A stretch of DNA of 64,000 nucleotides from Sumerlaeia bacterium (lineage in GTDB: Bacteria > Sumerlaeota > Sumerlaeia > SLMS01 > JAHLLQ01). The notes beneath the pieces are model-generated. The model ran no database searches. It had not been told where the DNA came from and saw only the letters and a list, made by a program, of their open reading frames with translations. Location: contig JAVJSW010000073.1 in assembly GCA_040219255.1 (NCBI GenBank), positions 1 through 64,000 on the forward strand, written 5' to 3'. Below, piece after piece: positions 25,430-34,561 of the stretch (the first letter of the stretch is position 1; every line of letters starts with the position of its first letter). The position numbers were made by a program, and so were the translations under genes.

Positions 25430-26953
25430 ATGGACAAACCCTCCGCGCCCGGCCCCGTCTGGGCGAAACGCGTCGCTCACGAAGAGCGCGAAACGGCCGC
25501 TCTGAACGTCGCCTACTGCGCCGGCCGCGACGTCAAGACGCGCCCCATGGCGGACGAAGCGCTGATTCCCTACGATCTGGCGACCAACACGGCCCACGCG
25601 CTGATGCTGGCCGAACGCGGCATCCTGAGTTCCACCGAAGCCGAGGCCATTCTGCGGGGCCTGGCGGAGGTCAAGCGGCGCTTCGAAGCGGGCGACCCGG
25701 TCCTCGACCCGGCCTGTGAAGACGTGCACATGAGCAGCGAGGTTATTGTCACCGAAATCGCCGGACCGGAAGCCGGCGGCAGGCTGCACACGGGGCGCAG
25801 CCGCAACGATCAGGTGGCCACTGACATGCGCCTTTGGCTGCGGGAACGGCTGGTGGCATTGGCCGGCGAGATCGCTGTCCTGACGCGGGTCCTCGCCGAT
25901 CACGCCAAACGCCACGCCAACACCGTCTGCCCCGGCTTCACCCACATGCAGCCCGCGATGGTCACCACCTGGGGACATTGGGTCGCGGCCTACCTGCCGC
26001 GTTTCCTGCGCGATCTGCGCGCCATCGAGGCACTCCTCGCCGAGTGCGACGAGTGCCCCCTGGGCGCCGCCGCGTCCTATGGCACCTCCTGGCCAATCGA
26101 CCGCAACCGCACGGCGGAACTGCTGGGCTTCAAGCGCCCTGCACCCTCGACTATCGATGCGATCTGGAGCCGGGGCGAGCTGGAGAGCCGATTCGCCGCC
26201 ATTGTTGCCCAGGTTCTCAGCCATTTGTCTGGCATCGGGCAGGACCTCATTCTGTTTTCCACGCCGCCGCGGGAATGGCTGCGCCTTCCCGATGGCTGCG
26301 TTACCGGCAGCAGCATCATGCCTCAGAAGCGGAACCCGGATTTCGCGGAAGTCACCCGCTCGAAAGCCGCCGTCGCCGCCGGTCATGTGCAGCAACTGCT
26401 CGGCATCGCCCACGCCTTGCCGGGCGGCTACAATCGCGACACACAATGGACGAAGTACATCGCGATGGACGTGGCGGAGGAAGTGCGCAATGGCCCGTTG
26501 CTGTTCGCGGCGGCCTTTGAGGGCCTGAAGGTCAACACGGAGGAGATGCGCGAGGCGTGCCGCGAGGGCTTCCTGAACGCGACGGACGTGGCGGATTTCC
26601 TGGCTCGTAGCCGCAAGCTGCCCTTCCGCTCCTGCTATCGCGTGGTCGGCGCGGCGGTGAAGGCCTCCGAGGCAGAGGGCGAACTGACCCTGGAAGCGTT
26701 GAACGACGCGCTGGCCGAGGTGGCGCCGGACGCGCGGCCGCTGGAGCTGGAGGAGTGGCTGGGTCTGTCGGAGCCGGAGCGGCTGTTGTCGCAGCGCACC
26801 CAAACCGGCGGCCCGCATCCCGACGCGGTGGCGGGCGACGCGGTGGCGCTGGGCGAGGAATGCCAAGCGGTGACCCGGCGCATTCAACGCGCCGCCGAGC
26901 GATGGCAGGGGGCGATGACGATGCTGATGGGGCGGCTCGATTCCGCGAAATAA
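25430..26953 (+). CDS. argH: Argininosuccinate lyase
   Basis: EDVH, LHTGRSRNDQV, PGFTHMQPA, GSSIMPQKRNPD, GYNRD. Confidence 0.95.
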   Translation: MDKPSAPGPVWAKRVAHEERETAALNVAYCAGRDVKTRPMADEALIPYDLATNTAHALMLAERGILSSTEAEAILRGLAEVKRRFEAGDPVLDPACEDVHMSSEVIVTEIAGPEAGGRLHTGRSRNDQVATDMRLWLRERLVALAGEIAVLTRVLADHAKRHANTVCPGFTHMQPAMVTTWGHWVAAYLPRFLRDLRAIEALLAECDECPLGAAASYGTSWPIDRNRTAELLGFKRPAPSTIDAIWSRGELESRFAAIVAQVLSHLSGIGQDLILFSTPPREWLRLPDGCVTGSSIMPQKRNPDFAEVTRSKAAVAAGHVQQLLGIAHALPGGYNRDTQWTKYIAMDVAEEVRNGPLLFAAAFEGLKVNTEEMREACREGFLNATDVADFLARSRKLPFRSCYRVVGAAVKASEAEGELTLEALNDALAEVAPDARPLELEEWLGLSEPERLLSQRTQTGGPHPDAVAGDAVALGEECQAVTRRIQRAAERWQGAMTMLMGRLDSAK

Positions 26954-27081
26954 AACTTTATCGGATTGGCCGTGTCCAAACTGTCATGGATTCATGAGGC
27001 CACGAGGCCGGGGTTGACGCCCGGCGCAAACCGCTCTTAATCCCCGCCATTGCTTGTTTTCCGGAGGCCCCGCCCGCTCCC

Positions 27082-28137
27082 ATGCGCATCGGCATCGTCA
27101 CTTTTCACCGCGTCGTGAACGCCGGCGGGTTCCTTCAGGCCTATGCGCTTCAGCAGTTTCTGCGCAACGCCGGCCACGACGCCATGATCGCCAACCACAT
27201 CGACCGCGGCGTTCTCAAGCAGGAGATGAAATCGGCCATCCATCGCGCCAAAGGCTTCAAGCGCTTCGCCGAGCTGCTGCCCATCTGGCGCTATCGCCAA
27301 CTCCAGCAGAAGCACTTCCACCTCTCGCCCCCCATCAAGGACCCGGCCAGCTATGACTGGTCTTATTTCGACGTGGTGGTCTTCGGCAGCGACGAGCTGT
27401 GGAACTACGAGAACTTCTTCTATGGTCTGAAACCGTTCTTCTTCGGCCACGGCATCGAGGGGCCACGAAAAGTCTCCTACGCCCCCAGTTTCGGCGAGAT
27501 CAAGCCGACGGACAAACTGCCCGAGCAGGTCGTCTCTGGAATCAAGAGCCTGGACGCGGTGGCCGTGCGCGATCACAACTCGGTCGAGGTCGTGAAGACC
27601 CAAACCGGCATCACGCCCGAGCTGGTGCTGGACCCGACGCTGATCTACGATTTCGAAGGCGATGTGGTGGCGGATAACGCCCGCGACGACGCCCTGATCG
27701 TGTACGCGACCAGCGTCAGCGAACCGCACCGCGAGCAGCTTCGGGCGTTCGCCAAGGACAAGGGACTGCGGCTGGTGTCGCTCGGCACCCGCCAGTGGTG
27801 GTGCGACGAAGGCTACGACAAGATTTCTCCCTTCGAGGTGCTCGGCTGGTTCTCGAAGGCGCCCTACGTTTTCACGAACACCTTCCACGGAACGATTTTC
27901 GCCACGAAGTTCGGTGCCACGAGCTGCATCAACATCGGCCACGGCAAGGCCAACAAGATCCTGTCGCTCTCCAGGACGCTGGGCCTTGAGAATCGCATCC
28001 TGAAACCGGGCGAGAGCTGCGCCGACATCTTCGAGCGCCCCGTCGCCAGCCAGGCGATTCAGGAGCGGCTCGCCGATTCCATCGCCGCCTCGCGCAACTA
28101 TCTGCTTACCCAATGCGCCGCGGCGCGGGAGAAGTAA
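27082..28137 (+). CDS. Polysaccharide pyruvyl transferase family protein
   Basis: IGIVTFHRVVNAGGFLQAYAL, GSDELW, SYAPSFG, VRD, DPTL, TNTFHG. Confidence 0.85.
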   Translation: MRIGIVTFHRVVNAGGFLQAYALQQFLRNAGHDAMIANHIDRGVLKQEMKSAIHRAKGFKRFAELLPIWRYRQLQQKHFHLSPPIKDPASYDWSYFDVVVFGSDELWNYENFFYGLKPFFFGHGIEGPRKVSYAPSFGEIKPTDKLPEQVVSGIKSLDAVAVRDHNSVEVVKTQTGITPELVLDPTLIYDFEGDVVADNARDDALIVYATSVSEPHREQLRAFAKDKGLRLVSLGTRQWWCDEGYDKISPFEVLGWFSKAPYVFTNTFHGTIFATKFGATSCINIGHGKANKILSLSRTLGLENRILKPGESCADIFERPVASQAIQERLADSIAASRNYLLTQCAAAREK

Positions 28138-28139
28138 CC

Positions 28140-28994
28140 ATGGCGACGCGCCTGGAAAACGAACCGCTTTCCAAACATACGACGCTCAAGATCGGCGGCC
28201 CCGCCGAGGTGCTCTCCATCCCGGATGACCTCGACGATCTGTTGGCCGAGATCCGTCACTGTCAGGAAAACGGCATCACCTATCGCATCCTGGGCCGAGG
28301 TTCGAACCTGCTGGTGAACGACAAAGGTGTTAAGGGCTTCGTGATCAAGCTGTCGAAAGCTTGCTCCGAACTGACCTTCGAGGGCGACGGCCGCGTCATC
28401 TGCGGCGCCAGCGTGACCTTTCAGAAGTTCATCAAGTTCTGTATCGAGAACGATTTGTATGGGAATGAAAACCTGCAATCGGTGCCCGGAGCGATGGGCG
28501 GCGGGATTTTCATGAACGCCGGCACCTGGACGGATAAGAATCTTTACTTGTCCGACTACCTGGTGAAAGTGAAATATTTCGACGGCAAAGAAATCCGCGA
28601 GATCGCCAAGGAAGACTGCCGCTTCGGTTATCGCTCTTCGATCTTCCAGGAAAAGCCTGAGTGGGTGATTCTTTCCGCGGAGTTCAAACTGCCCCACCAG
28701 CCCAAGGAAGTGGGCGAGAAAGCCAAGCGCGACCGCGTCGAGTGGTCCAAAGGCTATCAGGACATCACCTATGCCAACGCGGGCTCGGTTTTCCGGGCGG
28801 GGCACGGCCGAGCCTACAACTGGGTCAAGGGCATGAAAATCGGCGGAGCCGGGTGGTCCGAACGGACCGGCAACTGGATCAACAACTACGGCAGCGCCAA
28901 GTGCAGTGACGTGCTTTGGCTGATCCGCATCGTCAAAGTTCTGAGCTTTCTGATGGGGCGGAAAGCCTCGATCGAGTGGATTTACTGGAAGTAG
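28140..28994 (+). CDS. murB: MurB-like FAD-dependent enolpyruvyl reductase (divergent paralogue)
   Basis: HTTLKIGGPA, ILGRGSNLLV, PGAMGGGIFMNAG, FGYRSSIF, NAGSVF. The C-terminus deviates (TGNW where HANF is usual). Starts 2 nt after the pyruvyltransferase stop. Confidence 0.75.
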   Translation: MATRLENEPLSKHTTLKIGGPAEVLSIPDDLDDLLAEIRHCQENGITYRILGRGSNLLVNDKGVKGFVIKLSKACSELTFEGDGRVICGASVTFQKFIKFCIENDLYGNENLQSVPGAMGGGIFMNAGTWTDKNLYLSDYLVKVKYFDGKEIREIAKEDCRFGYRSSIFQEKPEWVILSAEFKLPHQPKEVGEKAKRDRVEWSKGYQDITYANAGSVFRAGHGRAYNWVKGMKIGGAGWSERTGNWINNYGSAKCSDVLWLIRIVKVLSFLMGRKASIEWIYWK

Positions 28995-28999
28995 CAGGC

Positions 29000-30187
29000 T
29001 CAGAGCCCGCGGCGATAAGTCTTCAACAGTTCTCCGCCATACGTCCGGACGAGCCGAATGGGACGCCAGAGGTAGAGCAACGGCGCGAAGATTCTCGGCA
29101 GCGGGAACGTGGCCCGATCCTTCTCGGAAGGATGGGCGCGAGCCATCGCGTACCTGGCCAGTTCCATGCGCTTGGTCGTCTGATCGCGAAGAAGGCTGCT
29201 GGGCCCGTAGCAAATCCACTCTGGCAGGGGCGGCGCATTGCCCAGCAGGTACCGGCGGATCGCGCGCGCGTACCAGCGATCCAGCCGGCGGCACTCCACC
29301 CGGTCCGTCATGGCATCGGGCACATCGTAACCGAGGACGTCGCGAAGCAGCCGCAGGCTGATCTGGCAGATGCGCAGCAGCCCTTTGCTGCGGGCTTCCT
29401 GGGCCAGAAGGTCCCAGTCGATGGGAAATTTGCAGGTCATCAGGCCGACATCACACAACCATCCAAGGCGCGCCCAGCCGTGCTTGAAGCCATGGGCGCA
29501 GAGCGCGATGATGGTGTGTTCGGGTTTGAGGAAGAGGAACTTCCACCCCTGGAGCCGAATCTCCAGGGCCTGCGCGATCCAGTCGCGATCCAGGGGAAAA
29601 TCGTAGGCTTCCGAACCGAAGGAGTGATGCAACTCGAGGTGGGCCTTCGTCCGCGAGCAGACCAGGCTGCGGTGAAAACGTGTGTCGCTCTGCGACGGCG
29701 CGATGGCGAAACCGCCTTCCGACGCCAGAACCCGGACCGCTTCCTCGAAGGCCTCGGGCAGCACGAGCAAGTCGATGTCGGCGCTGTATCGTTCGCTCAA
29801 TCCGCCATAGAGCACGTGTGAAAGCAGCATGCCCTTGTAGGGCACGGCCGCGATGCCGTGGGTCTTGAGAAGTTTGACGACTTCGCCCAGCACGTGGACC
29901 TGCACCAGATTGCGGCGGGCGGTGTGCTCGGCCCATTGGCGCAGAGCCTTGGCGATTTGAGTGCTGGGGAATAGAGCTGGCCGGGCCTGGAAGTGCCGAT
30001 GGGCGAGGCCCGCGAGGCCGTGCGAGCGGCACAGGTGGACGAAGGCCTCCCAGTCGAACCCTTCGGCGGCCGTAAGTCTGCGGACGCGCTCTTCCAGTTC
30101 GCCGGAGAGCATTTCCGGCGGCCGCGCGAGGCAAAACATCAGCCGCCTCTCGCGCGAAGGTTCCCGGTCCTCAGCAGCGCCCGGCAT
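29000..30187 (-). CDS. Uncharacterised nucleotidyltransferase (NTP_transf_5-like)
   Basis: YKGMLLSHVLYG...RYSADIDLLV, HLELH, HGFKHGWARLGWLCD. Overlaps the rfbB 3' end. Confidence 0.8.
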   Translation of the reverse strand: MPGAAEDREPSRERRLMFCLARPPEMLSGELEERVRRLTAAEGFDWEAFVHLCRSHGLAGLAHRHFQARPALFPSTQIAKALRQWAEHTARRNLVQVHVLGEVVKLLKTHGIAAVPYKGMLLSHVLYGGLSERYSADIDLLVLPEAFEEAVRVLASEGGFAIAPSQSDTRFHRSLVCSRTKAHLELHHSFGSEAYDFPLDRDWIAQALEIRLQGWKFLFLKPEHTIIALCAHGFKHGWARLGWLCDVGLMTCKFPIDWDLLAQEARSKGLLRICQISLRLLRDVLGYDVPDAMTDRVECRRLDRWYARAIRRYLLGNAPPLPEWICYGPSSLLRDQTTKRMELARYAMARAHPSEKDRATFPLPRIFAPLLYLWRPIRLVRTYGGELLKTYRRGL

Positions 30188-31229
30188 AATTCAGGTCGTA
30201 GTACTCGCGATATTCCCCGCTGCGGCAGGACGCCAGCCAGCCCTCGTGGTCGAGGTACCACTGCACGGTTTGGCGCAGGGCGCCGCGGAAGTCGTGCCGG
30301 GGGCGCCAGCCGAGTTCCCTTTCGATTTTTGAAAAGTCGATCGCGTACCGCCGGTCGTGGCCGGGGCGGTCCTTCACGTAAGTCACCAGTCCGCGGCGCG
30401 GACCGTTCGCAAGGGGCGCAACCATTTCGTCGATCAGGTCGCAGAGGGCGTGGACCAATTCGATGTTGGGGACTTCGTTGTCGCCGCCGATGCAGTAGGT
30501 TTCCCCGCCGCGGCCCTTGAGGAAAGCGGTGAGGAGCGCTTCGCAGTGGTCCTCGACGTAGAGCCAGTCGCGCACGTTCATGCCATCGCCATAGACCGGC
30601 AGCTTTTTGCCTTCGATAGCGTTGCAGATCATGACCGGGATCATTTTCTCGGGGAACTGCCAGGGGCCGAAATTGTTCGAGCAGTTCGTCGTCACCGTGT
30701 CCATGCCGTGGGTGTGGTGGCAAGCGCGGACGAGGTGGTCGCTGGCGGCTTTGCTGGCGGAGTAAGGGGAGTTGGGGGCGTAGTTCGTGGTCTCGCTGAA
30801 GGGCGGATCGGCAGGGCCGAGGGACCCGAAGACTTCGTCGGTGGAGACATGAAGGAAACGGCCCTTGATCGACTGCTCCACCCAAGCCTTGCGGGCGGCT
30901 TCGAGGAGGGCGTGGGTGCCTTCCACGTTGGTCTTGATAAAGGCTCCCGCGTCAAGGATCGAGCGGTCCACGTGGCTCTCGGCGGCCAGATGGAAAACAC
31001 CGTCGATGGAGACCTCGGCGAAGAGGGAGTCGAGGAGGTCGCGGTCTGTGATGTCGCCGCGGACGAATCGGAAACGGGGGTTATCGCGGGCCTGCTCGAG
31101 ATTCGCCAGATTTCCAGCGTAAGTCAAAGCGTCGAGGACAACGATGTCTTGCTCCGGCAGTTCCCGGAGGATTCGGTGGACAAGGTTCGAACCGATGAAG
31201 CCGGCCCCGCCGGTGATCAGCCATGCCAT
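30171..31229 (-). CDS. rfbB: dTDP-glucose 4,6-dehydratase
   Basis: ITGGAGFIGSN, DALTYAGN, HLAAESHVDRSI, STDEVFG, YSASKA, NNFGPWQFPEK, DRPGHDRRY. Confidence 0.96.
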   Translation of the reverse strand: MAWLITGGAGFIGSNLVHRILRELPEQDIVVLDALTYAGNLANLEQARDNPRFRFVRGDITDRDLLDSLFAEVSIDGVFHLAAESHVDRSILDAGAFIKTNVEGTHALLEAARKAWVEQSIKGRFLHVSTDEVFGSLGPADPPFSETTNYAPNSPYSASKAASDHLVRACHHTHGMDTVTTNCSNNFGPWQFPEKMIPVMICNAIEGKKLPVYGDGMNVRDWLYVEDHCEALLTAFLKGRGGETYCIGGDNEVPNIELVHALCDLIDEMVAPLANGPRRGLVTYVKDRPGHDRRYAIDFSKIERELGWRPRHDFRGALRQTVQWYLDHEGWLASCRSGEYREYYDLNYAGRC

Positions 31230-31602
31230 AAGAGTGCCCTTTCCTATGGGCGCGCTCGCCCCGGGTCTCAATAGACGAGGGGTTGGGGATGCCGGTCAAG
31301 GCGACTTGCGCTTTATTAGAGCCACCTATTTCGGACGGCCAACCTCTCTTGACACTTGCTCGTCAATTCCCGCAATCACACGCGTCCGCCTCATTTTCCC
31401 CGGAACGCCAGACGGTGCCGAGAGGCCCGGCCAGCGGGGGGGACGATGGGGGGCGACCGATGAATCGCCAGCCGGCGCTCTTGGGCTGTGAGCCGAACTG
31501 TGGCTCTCTCCCCCGCGCCGGCGATAAAAAAATTATTCGATTGGCCTCCGCGGTCATATCCCCGCGGCCTGGAGCCCATCCAGCGTCTAAAGGACCCCCT
31601 TC

Positions 31603-32382
31603 ATGAAAACAGTTATTCTCGCCGGTGGCTTGGGAACGCGACTCAGCGAAGAAACCGTTTTGCGCCCCAAACCCATGGTGGAGGTCGGCGGCAAGCCCAT
31701 CCTCTGGCACATTCTCAACATTTACGCCGCCCACAACTTCACGGAATTCATCATCGCACTTGGCTACAAGGCGGAGTTCGTGAAGGAGTACTTCCTGAAT
31801 TTCTACGCTCTGAACAACGATCTGACGGTGGACCTCGCCGCCGGCCAGACCAAGGTCCATGACGGCAAGCAGCCCAACTGGAAGATTCACCTGAAGGACA
31901 CGGGCCTGCACACCATGACTGGCGGCCGCATCAAGCGCCTGCGCGATTGGATCGGCGACGAAACCTTTATGGTCACCTATGGCGACGGCCTCGCCAACGT
32001 GGATATCGGCAAGCTGGTGGAATTCCACAAGGCCCACGGCAAGCTGGCCACCCTGACCGCCGTTCGCCCCCCGGCCCGCTTCGGCGGTCTGCGGTTCGAG
32101 GGCGACCGCATCGCCGAGTTCCTGGAGAAGCCCCAGACCGGCGAAGGCTGGATCAATGGCGGCTTCTTCGTGCTCGAGCCGGGCGTGTTCGACTACATCG
32201 CCGACGACACGATTTCCTGGGAGCGCGAACCCCTGGAAGCCATCGCCAATGCGGGCCAACTGATGGCCTTCCGCCACGAGGGCTTCTTCCAGCCGATGGA
32301 CACGATCCGCGAGAAGACCATGCTCGATAAGATGTGGAACAGCGGGAACGCGCCCTGGAAGGTCTGGGGCGACCAGAGCTGA
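31603..32382 (+). CDS. rfbF: Glucose-1-phosphate cytidylyltransferase
   Basis: ILAGGLGTRLSEET, PKPMVE, TMTGGRIKR, TYGDG, WINGGFF, MDTIRE, APWKVW. Confidence 0.95.
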   Translation: MKTVILAGGLGTRLSEETVLRPKPMVEVGGKPILWHILNIYAAHNFTEFIIALGYKAEFVKEYFLNFYALNNDLTVDLAAGQTKVHDGKQPNWKIHLKDTGLHTMTGGRIKRLRDWIGDETFMVTYGDGLANVDIGKLVEFHKAHGKLATLTAVRPPARFGGLRFEGDRIAEFLEKPQTGEGWINGGFFVLEPGVFDYIADDTISWEREPLEAIANAGQLMAFRHEGFFQPMDTIREKTMLDKMWNSGNAPWKVWGDQS

Positions 32383-32444
32383 GGGCTGCTCATCCCGAAC
32401 GTCCGATCGACCCAATTGACGATACGAAAGAGGTTTAGGCAGCG

Positions 32445-33584
32445 ATGAAAGACTTCAAGACAACGTATGCGGGGCAGTCCGTCTTTCTGACGGGCCACAC
32501 GGGTTTCAAAGGCTCCTGGATGGCGCTCTGGCTTTCTCAGCTGGGGGCTTCGGTGCATGGCTATTCCCTGCCGGCGCCGACGGATCCAAGCAACTTCGCC
32601 GTCTCTCGGATCGAAGACGCCATCGCCAGTCACACCGTCGGCGACATTCGCGATCTGGACAAAATGACCGCCGCGCTTCGCCAGGCCAAACCCCGCTTCG
32701 TCTTCCATCTCGCCGCCCAGCCCCTGGTGCGCCTCAGCTATCGCGAACCGCGCGAGACCTACGAAACCAACGTCATGGGCACCGTCAATCTGCTGGAAGC
32801 CGTGAGAGCCTATGCGGCGGAGACGAATGAGCCCGTGACCTGTGTGGTAATCACCAGCGACAAGTGCTACGAAAACCGCGAGCACGTCTGGGGTTACCGC
32901 GAATGCGACGCCATGGGCGGCCACGATCCCTACAGTTGCAGCAAAGGCGTCGCGGAACTTGTGACGTCGTCGTACCGCCGCAGCTTTTTCGACCCGGCCC
33001 ATTTCTCCGAGCATGGCGTGAAGTTGGCTTCGGCCCGCGCCGGCAACGTGATCGGCGGGGGCGACTGGGCGCTCGACCGGATCGTGACCGACATTGTGCG
33101 CACCCTGGCCGCGGGCGACGCGGTGCCGGTTCGCAACCCCAAGGCGATCCGCCCCTGGCAGCATGTGCTCGAGCCCATCAGCGGCTACATGACATTGGCG
33201 GCCGCGATGGCGGACTCGGAGCCGAAGGCGGAAGGCGCCAAGTTCTGCGACGGCTGGAATTTCGGCCCCCGCAGCGGCGACGAACGCTGCGTCGGCGATC
33301 TTGTGGAGGAATTCATCTCGGCCTGGGGGAGCGGCTCCTGGGACGACCTGAGTGACCCGAACGCGCTGCACGAGGCGAAGATCCTGCGCCTGTCGATCGA
33401 CAAGGCGGTCTCCATCCTGAATTGGCGCCCGCGCTGGGATTTTCCCGAAACGATCAGCCGCACCGCTAACTGGTATCGCCTTTATCACGAAACCCGCGCG
33501 GAAGGCGCCTCGATGCGCGAGGCCTGCCTGGAAGACATTGCCGCCTACACCGGTCAACTGACCGCCGAACCCGCCCAAGTCTAA
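32445..33584 (+). CDS. rfbG: CDP-glucose 4,6-dehydratase
   Basis: TGHTGFKGSW, HLAAQPLVR, TSDKCY, DPYSCSK, RAGNVIGGGDW, RPWQHVLEP, WNFGP. Confidence 0.95.
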   Translation: MKDFKTTYAGQSVFLTGHTGFKGSWMALWLSQLGASVHGYSLPAPTDPSNFAVSRIEDAIASHTVGDIRDLDKMTAALRQAKPRFVFHLAAQPLVRLSYREPRETYETNVMGTVNLLEAVRAYAAETNEPVTCVVITSDKCYENREHVWGYRECDAMGGHDPYSCSKGVAELVTSSYRRSFFDPAHFSEHGVKLASARAGNVIGGGDWALDRIVTDIVRTLAAGDAVPVRNPKAIRPWQHVLEPISGYMTLAAAMADSEPKAEGAKFCDGWNFGPRSGDERCVGDLVEEFISAWGSGSWDDLSDPNALHEAKILRLSIDKAVSILNWRPRWDFPETISRTANWYRLYHETRAEGASMREACLEDIAAYTGQLTAEPAQV

Positions 33585-33599
33585 GAAAAGGAAGCCTAC

Positions 33600-34556
33600 A
33601 TGGCCGACTCAAAAGCGATCTTAGTCACCGGAGCGGGCGGTTTCCTCGGCAAACGCGTTTGCCGCCGACTCCTGGCCGATGGCCACACCGTTCACGCGCT
33701 GGAGTTTCGCGAGGACGCGATTCGCAGCATCCCCATCCCTGAGGGTGCGCCGGGAACTCTGGTTCCCCAGATTCTCGATCTCACCAACGCCACCTCCCTC
33801 GACAATCTTTTCGAGGCCGCTCCGATCCAAAGCGTCATCCACCTGGCGGCTTACGGCGTGCGCGCCGACCGCCTCGAAGTGGACAAAATGCTCAACGTGA
33901 ACGCCACCGCCACGGCGATGCTGGCGCACGCGGCCAAGAAGGCCGGCATCGAGCGCTTCCTTCTGATCGGCTCCGGCTCGGAATATCTGCCGGTGGCGCG
34001 TCCCACGACCGAAAGCGATGTGATGGGGGCGATCAACCTCTACGGCGCGTCGAAGATCAGCGCGTGGTACACGCTCGATTATCTTCGGCGCATGGAATCC
34101 TTCCCCCTCGTGACGCTGCGGCCGTTCGGATTTTACGGGATCGGGGAAGTCGTTCCGCGCCTGGTGCCCTACGTTCTGGAGCAGGCGAAGGCCGGCCAGA
34201 CCATGGAGTTCACGGAAGGCACACAGATTCGCGACTGGTTGTTTGTCGACGATCTTGTCGACGCGATCGTGCGGGCGTTGCTGATGCCTCAGGCGCTGGG
34301 CGAAGTTTTCAACATCGGTTACGGTCCTTCCGGGGCCTGCACGGTGCGCGAAGCGGTGGAGACCGCGGTCCGTGTGGCCGGGGGCGATCTGTCGCTGGCG
34401 AAGTTCGGCGCCATCGTGCGCGAGCGCGCCGAACCGCCGTACTTCGTCTGCGATCCATCGAAGGCCATGACGCTGCTGAAGTGGCGGCCGAAGACGGGCC
34501 TGCGCGAAGGCCTTGAGCTGACCGCGGAGTCCCTTTGGGGAGCGAAGGACAGCTAA
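33600..34556 (+). CDS. NAD(P)-dependent nucleotide-sugar 4-ketoreductase/epimerase
   Basis: TGAGGFLG, HLAAYG, GSGSEY, YGASK, QIRDW. Follows rfbG, where CDP-deoxysugar reductases normally sit. Confidence 0.8.
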   Translation: MADSKAILVTGAGGFLGKRVCRRLLADGHTVHALEFREDAIRSIPIPEGAPGTLVPQILDLTNATSLDNLFEAAPIQSVIHLAAYGVRADRLEVDKMLNVNATATAMLAHAAKKAGIERFLLIGSGSEYLPVARPTTESDVMGAINLYGASKISAWYTLDYLRRMESFPLVTLRPFGFYGIGEVVPRLVPYVLEQAKAGQTMEFTEGTQIRDWLFVDDLVDAIVRALLMPQALGEVFNIGYGPSGACTVREAVETAVRVAGGDLSLAKFGAIVRERAEPPYFVCDPSKAMTLLKWRPKTGLREGLELTAESLWGAKDS

Positions 34557-34561
34557 CCCCC

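Noticed and set aside
29000-31600. Lasso peptide or other RiPP cluster suggested by the nucleotidyltransferase
   Set aside because: No precursor, cyclase, PqqD/B1 or B2 gene is visible in the window.
31272-31602. ops/JUMPstart element ahead of the glycan operon
   Set aside because: No GGCGGTAG found. A TTGACA at 31349 has no convincing -10 partner.
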